Positions 1 to 13,914 of a DNA stretch of 64,000 nucleotides are shown piece by piece. Position 1 is the first letter of the stretch. Each line of letters begins with the position of its first letter. A program made the position numbers and the translations under genes. The stretch spans positions 248,001-312,000 of the forward strand of contig CT868659.1 of assembly GCA_000165425.1 (NCBI GenBank), given 5' to 3'. The DNA is from Paramecium tetraurelia (lineage: Eukaryota). The notes below the pieces were generated by a model that worked only from the letters and a program-made list of their open reading frames with translations, was not told where the DNA came from and ran no database searches.

Positions 1-301
1 TATGCTTAATCTAGTATCACTATATTTTAAAGTAAACTTAATCCTCTTTTATTTACTTAATTAATACAAAGAACGTCTGATTCTAAAATTAATAAATATA
101 TTTGTAAATCTATTTTTTAAACAAAACTATAAGAAGAAGAAATAATAATTAAATTGATGCAATGAAATAGATAGTAATTTAATGGTAGCTTTAATTAAAA
201 CATGAGTTAATCAAAATCTCTGCTTAGCAATCAGATATTGAAGGATATTGATTAAATTTATTATGTATTTTATTATTGATGCTTATAATATTTTATAATG
301 A

Positions 302-714
302 TCAAAACAATTGTACGGGTGATTTGATGGCATTTTTAAAATCGTAATAGATAGTAACAATGGGAGCGGTGTCTTGTGAATTTGATCCTTTGATTGATAG
401 GGCGTCTCCAATTTTTTTATTGAATATGTATTGTAATCTAATGTAATGAATAACTTACTGATTTTGCTTTTCAGCATCCAAATATAATCTGATATCAGTA
501 ATGCCGCCATGCCTATCTTGCAATTCCTTATTGATGAACATGAGGGGATCATTGTAAGCTACAACAATTTCGAAATTTGGATAAGGCCAATCTTTTTCGA
601 GGATGACAAATTTGAGTTTGATGTATTGACGTTATTCACTGTCCATTTCGAATGATGGCTAAAATAGGAGTTTTGTTATGTATGTATATATACATAGATA
701 TTATTGGCGTTCAT
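302..714 (-). CDS. Small hypothetical protein (2 tiny introns)
   Basis: Ciliate-code ORF MNANNIY|PSFEMDSEQRQYIKLKFVILEKDWPYPNFEIVVAY...IYYDFKNAIKSPVQLF* with GT..AG introns; no family recognised. Confidence 0.65.
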
Positions 715-741
715 TTTAATTTTTAATAATGAAATATACTA

Positions 742-1404
742 TCATAATTCTTCAAAGCCATCTTCCACTTATAGACTACGCTCAATTGTTTATGGTTATT
801 TAGGTTCTTGTTGATCTTGTTGATCTTGTTAACCTTCTGTTTGTTTTTTGATCCATTCTCTGGTTTTAACAAAACGCTCAGGAGTCTTGGGTTCAAAATT
901 GAGTTGTCTGATTGCTTTTTCTCTCCTGAGACGACCTCCAAATTTAAAGAATTATTGAGACCAATGTTTAATTGCATTTTAGAGATCCACAACAGTTTTT
1001 GGTTCTGTCCACCAAGTAACTACTTTGGTAGCACTATTCTCTTGAACATAACTAAGAAATTCATAATAATCGATAAGCATTTTCAGTAATTCATCTTGAA
1101 AATCGATTTTATGATTAATGAGTTCTTGTATCTATTTATGTATTTGCAGTTTCAAGAAATTAATCTGTTCTGAAAAATCTTTGACCATGAAAGAAAGTGA
1201 GATAGAGAGGATGGATTGTATTACTTAATCACAAGTTTAGAGTGTTGGATTATTGAGTGAAAAATTAGGACTTAAACTAAGTTTGTAGTTGGTTTCTTGA
1301 TTAATAAGAGTGTCTATTTCCACTTGAGGATCGATCTTAATCTCATTCTCATTCTACTCAATATGCACGACCTCAATATCTGAACGAGGGCACAATGCAC
1401 CCAT
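742..1404 (-). CDS. Hypothetical protein with N-terminal MGALC acylation-like motif
   Basis: ATG GGT GCA TTG TGC; a 20-nt GT..AG intron restores a long open frame ending EDGFEEL*. Confidence 0.65.
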
Positions 1405-1445
1405 TTAATTAATTATATAAATGCAACACAATGTATATATATCCA

Positions 1446-2993
1446 TCAGAGTATATCTGATGGAAAAGGTATCTCAAACACAAAATGACTAGCCATTATA
1501 CTAGCAGCTTCAGGTTGATCCATTGGAACCATATGTCCTGCATGTCTGACAGAAACAAAGGTCAATCCATCGATTTCCCAAACATTTCCAGCATTTTGTG
1601 GTTCTGTTCCTTTTTCTCCTGGTATAAACCAAGGTCTCCATTCCTCAATGGTAGGTAAGTCTAAAATATAGTTATTAATATAGACTTAGTTCTTTCTATA
1701 GTTTATCAATCCAATACAGAGTACCGGTGATTGGAACTACTGCATCGACGTCTCCACTGAATTTCAAGATTCTAAGTCCGCTCTTGAGTAATTTAGGATA
1801 CAGATAATAGGTGCCTCTTGGATCTGGTCTGTAATCAAGTTTTGCGCAGTCATTCCAATACCCAGCATCTTCTCTAATATGCAAAGCCTTGATAAATATG
1901 TATAATCAAACTTTTCTAAATGCTGCATTGTTTAGATATAGGAGCAAAGCTTCTGCTTCAGAACATTTATTGAGCTCTCCAACTGCTCCATCCTACATTG
2001 GATTGAGTTTGAATCTCTTCTCTTTCTCCTATTCTCCTTTCAGATTTTTAAATGGTATTTAATAACATTTTCCATATATATTATAAGGATTAATATAGAG
2101 GTCGCTAAGATTATTAATTGAAAAGTGATACTCAGCTCCATAGATTTGTCCAATGACTTCTCCTTGGATTTAAATGCATTCGGGGATAGTCTTCATGTGA
2201 CAATAACTTGTCATATTTTCAATCTTATCGTTTAATTTCTCACTGATGAATCCATGACCATGAAGGAACTTGTAAATATGCACAGGGAATTGAAAAGCCA
2301 AAGGTGTACATTCCGTTGGATCTGTACATCCATTACCAATCATCAAACCAATCAATCTAATCTTGTCACCAGTTGCTGCCTTGGCGTTATAATCAATGAT
2401 CTCGTTTGCCAATGTTGGAATGTAGACTCCAGCCCAACTCTCTCCAGCAATATAAAAGTCTATGCTCTTGTATTCTGGGAATTTCTTAAAGAATTCAAGA
2501 ACTGCCTTCAAATTATCCTTTGCTGTGCTCTCGTCGGATGAAGTTGTATTTCCAAAAGAAAATCCTACTCCTGCTGGACTTTCCAAATAAAACATGTTAG
2601 CCTGTCTAATATATCTTAATTTTTACAAAATTCAACCAGGTGAAAAGATTTTATTTGAAATTATTTGTACCCAATTCTACTGTGAATGGCCCATTTTCAA
2701 CCATAGCCCCATAAAGGGATGAACATCCAGGACCACCATTTAACCACAATATAAGGGGAAAGGTAGCCTTTAATGGTCCAGCTAAGCTAAATGCTGGGAA
2801 TGCAAAATAATGGAATTGCTTTTCACCAGCTTCATCAATTGGCAAATACCCAGAATACCTAGGAAATAAGTCATAGCCCTTACATCTTCCCGGAATAAGG
2901 AATTTTGAACTTTGCCCATGTGGATCCATCCACTAAATCTTCTGCTGGGGCTGCTGTTGCAAATCCAATAAAATAGAGTAATGACAAAATCAT
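1446..2993 (-). CDS. Serine carboxypeptidase, family S10 (secreted/lysosomal)
   Basis: Signal peptide MILSLLYFIGFATA; WLNGGPGCSS, LESPAGVGFS, GESWAG (catalytic Ser), SGDVDAVVP (Asp), AGHMVPMDQP (His); several ~25-nt introns. Confidence 0.95.
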
Positions 2994-3107
2994 AATTATG
3001 ATAAAATATATTAAATCATCATCCTATGTTATTTATGAATATCTTTATAAATAATTCCAACAAAATAGATATGTAAAATAATTAAATTATTAATTATTTC
3101 AACATTA

Positions 3108-3666
3108 ATGTCTATCTCAAGTGATATGCCAGTCATTTCAACTCAAACAAAAACTACTCTCCCTGTCCTCCATTCTACCAGATCTCTCATCAAAAGGGAG
3201 AAGTAATACTCATTAGATGTTATTTCAAAAAATCAAAAAGGAAAGTAAACAATAAAGAAGAAAATCAAACGTAAAAGACTTTTCTCTGGATCAAAACGTA
3301 CTGCTAGCAACTGTAGGGGTCGAATTCAACAGTCAGAAACCTTTTCTCTCAACGAAGATCGCTTAATACTCTCGTCTGTAATAAAATTAGGTCCTAAATT
3401 CAAAGTGATTTCCTCCTACTTCCCTTAAAAGTCCTTAAGTGCTGTCAAAAATCGTTACTATAAGCATTTGAGATATCGTTGGGTTCAAATTATGGGCAAG
3501 TATTTATTTTTGCCAATATACAAGGGATTTCGAAAGTTTATTGAGGGAAAACCAATCAATCATAAAGCAGGACGATGAAATTGTAGATACTGCAGAGCTC
3601 TTCCCAGAGTTAAAAGATATTTTGAAAAATATGATAACAAATATCAAATCTTTAACTTAATCATGA
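3108..3666 (+). CDS. Myb/SANT-like DNA-binding domain protein
   Basis: FSLNEDRLILSSVIKLGPKFKVISSYFPQKSLSAVKNRYYKHLRYRW matches a single Myb repeat. Confidence 0.8.
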
Positions 3667-4110
3667 ATTTCATTAATTCCAACCAAAACAAAGTGATTCT
3701 CTTCATTTAATATGAACAATGGCGAACACTTTATAGGTAATACCTAGAAAGTAGAAGTAACGTAAATACTTCAACAGTTTTAAAATTTGGACTAACTGAA
3801 AATGGAACTTAAAATTCTTTATTAAGGTTCTCATTTAACAGAATATGATATTATAAACGATCTGTAAGTAAAAAATCAGGTGCATATTCTTTTTCATTGC
3901 AACTATAAATTATATATATGTCATATTTGAGAATAGTCATTTGTACTTTTAAACGATTATTTCTTAAAATTTTATATTGTATTATTTAATAATAAATTGA
4001 TTGTTTTATTGAATTTTAAATCCCACCCTTACAATCTAAATAAAGTAAACATCAAGATGCTTTAGTACTTTCCAATACATAATTGATTACTCTAACTCCT
4101 ATTGATTAGA

Positions 4111-4662
4111 ATGAATTTTATCATTTGTATCTAATCAGATTTATCACAATAATAATTTATTTACTTAAAAACTGTTTTAAAAATGGCCATTCACATCTAT
4201 CGTCTTTTTGACGTAAGTGCTTTTGATGAACGAAATTAAACATAGTATAATGACAAGAGTTTAACTAAATTAATTATGAATTAAATTGAATCAAATATAA
4301 ATAATGATTAAGTAAATGAAATAGCTCGAAATTATTAACCACGCTTTGATCAATAAATATACCTTTAGTTTGCTAATATCGTTTCTAATTTTCGAATTTG
4401 TATAAATCCTAGTTCTATTTCTATTTTTTCCTATAAATTTTCCTAGAAGCTCTCAAAATTTAGTAACTATCCCACAGAAATGATCAAAAGATTAGTCTTA
4501 TTCTAATTGAATATTTTGATTATATTTGAAAGAGAAGAAGTTAATTCAGATTACTACATTTTCATATTAAATCCAAAAAATTTCCATGATTACAAACAGA
4601 CTCTGTTTGCTCATGTAGATTTTATTGAACCTGTCTCTACTTCTTCGTCCTGGTTGGAATGA
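4111..4662 (+). CDS. Hypothetical protein
   Basis: Uninterrupted ciliate-code ORF of about 183 codons from ATG to TGA; no motif recognised. Confidence 0.55.
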
Positions 4663-4703
4663 GTTGATTAGAGATTTGTCTACTCATAATTATTTAATAT
4701 AAT

Positions 4704-5710
4704 TCATCTATATGATTTTTAGCCTCTATTCTCAAGGTGAGATTGAATCATAGAATTTCGTTCATTAATTTTTTGGTCTTAGCTAGGTTCTAGTGGCAGT
4801 TAATATAGTCCAATCCAATCTTAACGCTTATTGGGATCAGGCTATATGCACTATGTGATGAAGGTCATCAAATTCTTGGAGTAAAATTAATCTAGCCATT
4901 TCAGAGGGTTTTCGAATGCTTAAAACAAGGTGAGACATTGCAGGAGCACAATCCTATATAACATAATCATTAATGTACTTACCCAAAAGCAAAGACATCT
5001 ACTTTGAATGGATTAATTTATGCTGTTTCTAATAGACTGGCTTCTGAATTGAAAAATGGTTTGGTCTCTGGGGCCAGAAATACTTAGATTTCAGGGTCCT
5101 TTGTTTGTTAATATTTGATGAAATTGCCCCATCTACCACCAATTAATTCTTAATCATAAACTCTATAAAGAAGGTACTCCTCATCAAAATAGATGGTCTT
5201 GGTGGTGATCATTCCATGGGGAATATTATTATTTTAAAAGAAATGCATAGCTTGCATTACTCCCTTAATAAGACACCAAACTTCTGGTTCAGGTACCAGA
5301 TATCGTTTTGCTTATCTTCTCTCTGTTAATTCATGCAAAGTTAATTGACCATATTCAAAAAAAACAAAAATCTAAAATACTTCTGTCTATCCAAATTAGC
5401 CGGGTTTCATTGTTTTTTGGCTTTCACTTTCAATCGAATAGAAAATATGGGGTTGTTTGATCTTACAACGCTCCTTGTATTGCTTGAGTAACTGTTATTA
5501 TTGGTTGACATACCATACTATGTAAACTAGGAACAGAACACACCAATTTCGAAACCATATATCTGTTAGGAACGTACATTTGTACTTTGCAAAGGGATGG
5601 AATCGAAACAGTCGCAATTGTCCTCTCTAGGGGCAGAAGATGTTGTCTACAAATTTCAATTCCTCGAAGTTGTTTAGTACAAGTGTCTTTGGATCCCCTC
5701 TCTTCGCCAT
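4704..5710 (-). CDS. Protein kinase-fold pseudokinase
   Basis: FVFFEY hinge, PEVWCLIKGVMQAMHFF, HGMITTKTIYFD (in place of HRDLKxxN), FLAPE, KVDVFAFG, PDPNKR; no G-loop or DFG. Confidence 0.8.
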
Positions 5711-5796
5711 TCAATTTTAATTTTAATGTTATAATAGCATATTAAATTGTAATTACATACAATAATAGTTAACTTGATCTATATGTGAAATCATAA

Positions 5797-7051
5797 TCAT
5801 ATAGGATCTTCAAGGAGTTGGTTCTCCTCTGATTCTTGAACTGCGATGCTTTGAGTTATTTTGAGCATGTCATTGCCTATTTCATAACTTCGGATCAAGA
5901 GGACAATAAATGCAAAAATAGTAGAAATCAACGGATTGACACTAGCCAAACCATAGGCATTTAATCTCCTATCTCCTCTCAACGTTTCATTGATTTTCCT
6001 CACTTTCTTTTCTGTTAAATCATTAACTGTTGCATTTTACAACTTGTTCTAAATATCAAAATCTGTAGCCAATTAATCTCTACTATCAACATCAAATATA
6101 AGCATAATTAACCCTAATACCTTCTCCACTAATTTATTTTAATCGTATTTTGCAATAAATTTAAATTGTAAATACTCCTTTTCTGTTAATGACTCCAATA
6201 TCTTTTCTAACTAATAAGCTATGTTTTTTAATCTCATGTCTATAATCAATAAATCAATTTATTTACTTAAGTCTTTTAGTTTCTTCTATTCTGAAATTGG
6301 AGGCAGCTAACTTTATTGTTATTGTTGTTATTGAGATTTCTTGGGTGGTTTGAATCCTGGATTTTCTGCATAAAAGTGGCCAGGTCTGTTTTGTAATCTG
6401 TCTTCTGGTTTTGAAAATTTAGCTTATTGATGAAATTATGGAATTTCTATTTGAGTTTTTGGCAACTTTGCTTAAACTTTAATGATCTTGCCCTGTGCTA
6501 AACTCTATTGATGTAAAGCTTCTTGTTATTTCTACTCTTCTTCCTCCTGTTGAATTACTTTAGTATACAAATTATTCAATAAGTCTTTTGATCTTTCAAC
6601 AATGATTCTATAATGAGACGGTTCAAATCTATACAATGGGTTGTACTATTGAATTGCAGATATAATCAACACATTTTCAACATCTATTCAAATTATGCTA
6701 GATTTCATTACTAAATTTTTATAATAAATGCAACAATTTTTCTCCACTTCCTTCCAAAGTTTCATCTTCATGGAAGCCTTCGATGATTCTATTTTCTTAT
6801 TATTCTTGACCTGGCTTATCTTGAGTAACAAAAAATTATTGCTGTTCATAAACTCTATATGCATAACTGAATCTGTTATATCTCCTGAATTTCTCATTGG
6901 TTTTAATATAATCCATAATAATATTGATCTAGTCCTAATGTGCGATGGCTGCACAGAATGATCTAAAATTGCCATACGAATTTTAGACTTGATTCCCAAA
7001 AATAATATTCTTGAATAGATTGTCATTATTATTATTTTCTTTTTAATCCAT
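5797..7051 (-). CDS. Protein with IMPACT/YigZ (UPF0029)-like N-terminal domain and uncharacterised C-terminus
   Basis: FSYAYRV...HEDETLEGSGEKLLHLLQK..VENVLII resembles the IMPACT motif DDGE.AG.RLLHLL....NVLVVV; one ~29-nt intron there; 3' end shared with ORF-track 5797..6003. Confidence 0.6.
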
Positions 7052-7333
7052 TTTATATAATATATTGAATATAAAAGTAAGAATACTATTTTAAGAAATC
7101 ATTGTAATTTGAGTATCACATCAATAACACTTTATTGATCTTCAATTTAAGTTACTAAATCATAAGATATTTTATGGATTTAACCATATTTATATATCCT
7201 ATCCTGATAAATAAACTTCAAATAATTTTAGGTACATATTAGTATTACCTATAAATTGGAGAATTATCAGCTTACTTTAGTAGTCTATAATTTATGGGAT
7301 ATTAAAGAATAAAATATATTTAATTTAATATTT

Positions 7334-8161
7334 TCAATGTAATATAAATGTCAACAACAACAATATGACTCCTAATTAGATGGAATAACTATTAGGAAGA
7401 TCATTGTCATCTAGTTCATCACATGCAACGCATAATTTTTGATCTTCTGACCATCTATAGTTGTGAAGAGTGAATGTGTTGCAATTGCTCTATGCTATTT
7501 TTGAAGCATCAGTCCCTTCTACACATTTATTAGTATCAGTATTCCAACTACAATATGTGTATTAATTTCCACTTCCACTCACATAAGTAAGAAAACATTG
7601 AGTCTATGTAAAGTCAGAACATTTCTTTTCTCTGCAATTTCCATTCTCGTAATAGCAACCAGATTCTAGACATTATTCTTCAAAATCTGCTAATCCTCCA
7701 CAACTTGGAATGTTTGGTAAAGAATCACAAGTAGACGCCTTACTCCATTAACAATGAGAATCCATTGAATCATAGCTTTCATTGCACTCATCTTTTGTTG
7801 TCTTAGATGAGCATTTCTCTACTTATAAGGTAGTGCATGTCTCATTAACAACCTTACATAGACCTGATGGGCATTGCTTATCGGTGTACTCTGAACAACT
7901 TGTAAATTCAGCACACTCTAGATTCTTATTCCAAAAGCATCCCAGGTCTTGTTAGCATGTAATGGCTTCTGTGTAACTATCACATATGGCATATATATCA
8001 ATGCATTCTTTATCATTTGGATCCCATTGACACCATGATTTTTAGTTAGTACAATCAGCTTATGTTAGGAGACTGCATGAGCAATGTTTGGACGAATCAA
8101 AACTTATACCTTTGACTACAAAAGCACTTAAAGTAACAGTAAACAAGATCTTAAACAACAT
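7334..8161 (-). CDS. Cysteine-rich GPI-anchored surface protein (Paramecium surface-antigen/mini-antigen type repeats)
   Basis: Signal peptide MLFKILFTVTLSAFVVKG, periodic CxW/CxY repeats (WCQWD, GCFWN, HCQWS, YCSWN), hydrophobic C-terminal GPI-like tail LIGVILLLLTFILH*. Confidence 0.85.
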
Positions 8162-8585
8162 TTTAAAATTCAGAAATATTAATTTCTTGACCCCCTTTAA
8201 TTAAAATAAATATGAATTCATATTAAATAAACAAACAGGCTTTATCTAGTGGATTATTTTTATTTTACTTTAATTTATTTCTAAGTGAGCCCTCACTTTA
8301 ACACTATATTAATAATTATCTTAAAAAATAAAATAATATTATTAAAAACAAAAATGCAAAGGATATGATCTACTCTTTCAGTTTCAAGCATATCTTTTCA
8401 TTTATTTTACTAATTTTTTGTTCACGAAAATATGATAAGAATAAGAATCATAATCTTCCTTTTATCTACTTAGAAATATAATTCTATAAAATATTGTATA
8501 TATGAATTTTAGAAAGAAGTACTTATGATATTATTTTTATAATTATTATTTATCTGTATTATATATCACACGTGCACATGACTTT

Positions 8586-9584
8586 TCAATCTTCAAAATC
8601 TCATTATTTAGATACTATATTAAATAACAATATTTTACTTTGTTTAAAGGTAATAGGGGAATCGCCAAATTGTCTTCCGTTTTACTTCAAAATTAAATAC
8701 ATAAGATTTTCATTCTATAAAAGGAGTTACCCTGAAGGTTTTTAGTTGGGTCTTTTTAATTCAAATTCGTCGATTTTGCAGTTGGTTTGACTAACAATCC
8801 AATTGATGAATTCTTGATTAGTTTTTTTAGAATCCAGATTTTCAAAGGCTATCTTATATCCATCATCTTCCTATTCTACTTATTCCTGTTGATTGTTTTT
8901 GGAATAGTTGGAATTATTTGAAAATTGCTTTCCGTTATTGAATTTGGCCTCTCTGACAAAGATTTGAATTTCATTGCTTGTATACTTGCCATCCTATTGT
9001 GAACAATAAGAATTACTTTTTCTTGCAATCTAAATTTTCTGCCTTCCAAAATCAACAATTTCTAGACTTTGTCTGCCCCAGTAACAACCACATACCCTTT
9101 GGTAGCTTATTTCTATACTTTTTTGCACTCTTCAATTTCACCCTGTTTCAAATTGCATCTTTCCAAAATATAATTAATGATTTGGATGGGTACTGTATTT
9201 GGGGGTAGATTTTGGATTTCAACAACTAGGGTAATAATAAAGTGAAAAAATACCAAACTTTTGTTTAGAGTTGTCTGGAACACTATCTAGGTATTTTTAC
9301 TTTTTCTTGATTTCTCTTTCAATGGTTTTTCCTCCCTTGTATCCACCAGGGATTCTGTACCCATTCATATCATAGAAGTTGTAATCTTAATCGAAATAGC
9401 CAGCAGGTTCTCCATCTCTGTCATAGTAATTTAATTCTTTGTCTACCCAACCACCATAATCATCAACAATATAAATGTCGGTTGAGCTATCGGATTACGC
9501 AATTCTAAATCCTTCTCCCTCAGGACCATCGTATTAAATATACTAATCAAATAGAGCTGGGTTATGTGATGGTTTGTGTGTCAT
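8586..9584 (-). CDS. Hypothetical protein, aromatic DxxG-repeat N-terminus plus possible RRM-like domain
   Basis: YYDRDGEPAGYFDQDYNFYDMNG; VEIQNLPPN...KGYVVV resembles RNP2/RNP1; introns inferred. Confidence 0.6.
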
Positions 9585-9768
9585 TAATAAAATAAATAAT
9601 TATAATAATTATAATACATGAGAGGTATTCAAAATGATATCTAATAATGATGCTATCTAGATGATGAGTAGTGGAAGGATTGTGAGGATCAAGCGCGTTG
9701 TATTTATGCTACTTAATTTCAAATGGGAATCGCACTGATCAAATATTTTTATAAAATAAATAATATTA

Positions 9769-10900
<1,132 letters not shown>

Positions 10901-10919
10901 TTTATTTAATTAATATAAC

Positions 10920-13892
10920 ATGGATCTGAGTTCCCAACTAAATTAGATGAAATTTATAAAAGGTCTTGATTTTCGCAAGAATCTTATAGACAATGGACAC
11001 TTGGGTCAGGGCAACAACATGGTATACAATGTCTTACTCAATGGGAAAATGTACGCATTAAAAGTAAGGCATCCTTGTTTATTAAGTAAGTAATAATGAA
11101 TTCATGCAACATTGAAAATGAAATCAAAATTATGCAATCATTATCTCACTCCCCATACGTGATCAATCTGATTGATTATATGATATTAGAAACAGTCCAT
11201 TAAGATAAATACACTTAAAGTCAGTAATTTGCATATTTGCTTATGGAAAAGGGTTAGCAGAATCTAGAGCAATATCTTAAACAGAGAGAGCAGCAATATC
11301 TAGAGGTCGAGGAGTTGCACAGGATATTGGAATAACTAATAAATATATTTGAGGATCTCCAACAAAAAAACATTGCTCATCGAGATATAAAATTAGTCAA
11401 CATTCTAATTATGGAACAATTTTAACTCAAAGCATGCGATGTTGGCTGCAGCTCCCAAGTGGAAACCATTTAAACTATCAGCGTTGTCGGAACAGAATCC
11501 TACTTAGCTCCAGAGTTGTTGAATGCAGAAACTCATAAACTTAAACACAACCCCTTTAAAAGTGATGTCTACTCTTTGGGATTGTGTTTTCTCTACATAG
11601 TCACTCTTTAATTAATACACTCAAGATAAAAAGGATATACTCAAGTTGAAGAGGAAATAACTGCAGCTTATTTAAAGATTGTTAAAAGAATTACTGCTGA
11701 AGATAATCTAATTCTGTCAATCCTCAAAAAAATGTTGTAAATCAATCCTATCAATCGACCTGATTTTATATAATTGAAATAGATTTATCTACAACTAAAA
11801 GAATCTCAAAATCAACTAACTAACCTATCCAAAGGAACTACCTTTGAATCTTTTGAATCCCCAAAACGATCCCCTTTGTAATTCGATTATCTTTCCCCTG
11901 ATGCTGTATTAAAGAGAGGGAGAAATACAGGATCTAATTTTTATAAGGAGGAAAGATAACATTCAGTCAAAAACCTACCTTCTAATTTGAGTAACTCAAA
12001 AAAATAAAAATCTTAAGCCAATCTATTATCAGAATCAACGAGGAAAATATAATCCTCAAAATCACCCTCTAATTCTTCAACTCAAAATTTGCATTTAAAG
12101 GATTCAACACTCTCGAAAACCTCTTCCTCAAATCCCATTAAAATTACTCAATAGAACAAACCAAAATTCTACTAAGCTCCTGTTTCCCCAAATCATAGTC
12201 AAACCAATTTCTAACAGAGGCAATTCTCTAAATTCCATCAATCTGTAATTGAAAGTAAAAAAGCTTACACTGAGAGCTACTCTCAACCTTTCCCAGCAAT
12301 TCAAACAATTTTACCTACTGAACAGTAGTAGCCATATGATGATTTTCTCTATTGCAGCTATGAAGATCTAATTAATTCATACTAATTTTAGAATTATGTT
12401 TGCCTCATACAAACAAGGCAAAAATCGAATTCAAAACGAAGCAAATGCTAATTGCCTAACAGTTGTAAATTATTAAATTTATAACTCAATAACTAAACTC
12501 CAGAACTTCATTTATCTCCAATTAATGACATACAAATATTGATCCTTGAATTAATTGATGATTGTAATGATCATAATCAAAATTATAGGTGGTCCGAAAA
12601 TCTCATTTGCATGAACTTTTAAGCAATTACATAACTGAAGATTATTGTTAACACTCAATAATCTTAAGCAAATAATATTATATAATTTCTTAACAAAATT
12701 TAGCACATCCCTAAAATTTAATTAATATTTCAATCTCAAATATCAGAATCGGATCATAGAACTATTATGTGGAAATTAAGCAGATATAATTGCACTTCCC
12801 TTGAATTTAGATTACCTCATATTAAATTAATTTTAACTCAAAACTCTTAATTATGGTAATTCAATTAATCTTTGGAAGAATTGTACTTGGATTATGAAGA
12901 TTGTGGGATCCATTAGATATTTTCATTTCTAGTTGCATCTTTAAGAACAGTTGAATTTAAGAAGTTCTACATCAATTTATCAAATTTGCAATCAAAAGAT
13001 TCAGAAATTAGTTTGTTTCTTGAATATTTAGGAACCAAATAATTACTCAGAGACTTAACATTAATTATGGATCACATTGCAAATTACGATAGAATGGTAT
13101 AAGAAAAATTGAAGAATAATATATCTAAATTAAAAAATCTAGAGAGAGTGCAACTATCACTGGTGGGTAATAATACTAATGTTGAGTTCTTGGAAAAATT
13201 ATTACATATTTTAGAATCACTCAATTTAGTTAAAGTAATAATTATACGTTTAGACAGGATATTCTAAAAAGCATAGATAAGAGAATTAATTAAGATATTT
13301 CCATTTTTGAATTCATTTGTTTTATAATTTTATGGTACAGATAACACATTAACAATCATCATGCATAATAATGGATTACAAAAATAATAAGATTATGGAA
13401 CCACGAAATGTAACTAAGGGAAATAAGTCATTTTGAGTTAAATGTATGAGTGTATAAAATGTTCTAAAGTTCACTCTTTCTTCTTAAAACATAAATTTCA
13501 AATATGCAGCACATGTGTAACATATTGTCATTCTAAATGTGATAATTTTAATTTGAATAAAGAAACAATAACAGTTAGTTCAGATTCATTGACATAAAGT
13601 TAATTTCTTAGTAATAACATTAAGAAGAATCACACTTTTATTGAATCAAACGATACATAAGATTTCAAATGTTATTGTAACTTATTGGGTAATTGTACAT
13701 AAGCAATTTGCAATAAGGATAGAAACAGAAATGAAATTTAGTTTAAGTATAAAACTTATATTTATTAGATGCAAAACATGCAATAAGATACTCTGTCGAT
13801 AGTGCTCCTCTGATTGTCATTCTGCTCATTGCATTAAAGAAATGTATATAAAAAATTTTCAATGTCAATGTGATTGTGATAAACACATATGA
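10920..13892 (+). CDS. Ser/Thr kinase with Ser/Pro-rich linker, LRR-like region and two C-terminal UBR-box-like Zn fingers
   Basis: YALK, HRDIKLVNIL, DVG, GTESYLAPE, KSDVYSLG; LEELYLDY/LRDLTLIM/LERVQLSL repeats; YECIKC...CSTCVTYCH...FKCYC and FKCKTCNKILCRQCSSDCHSAH...FQCQCDC. Confidence 0.8.
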
Positions 13893-13914
13893 ATTAATAG
13901 AAATGTAATTGATT

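Noticed and set aside
7334..8161. Periodic Cys/Trp pattern as a possible DNA-level repeat array
   Set aside because: The periodicity is at the protein level and is explained by a known surface-antigen-like repeat family.
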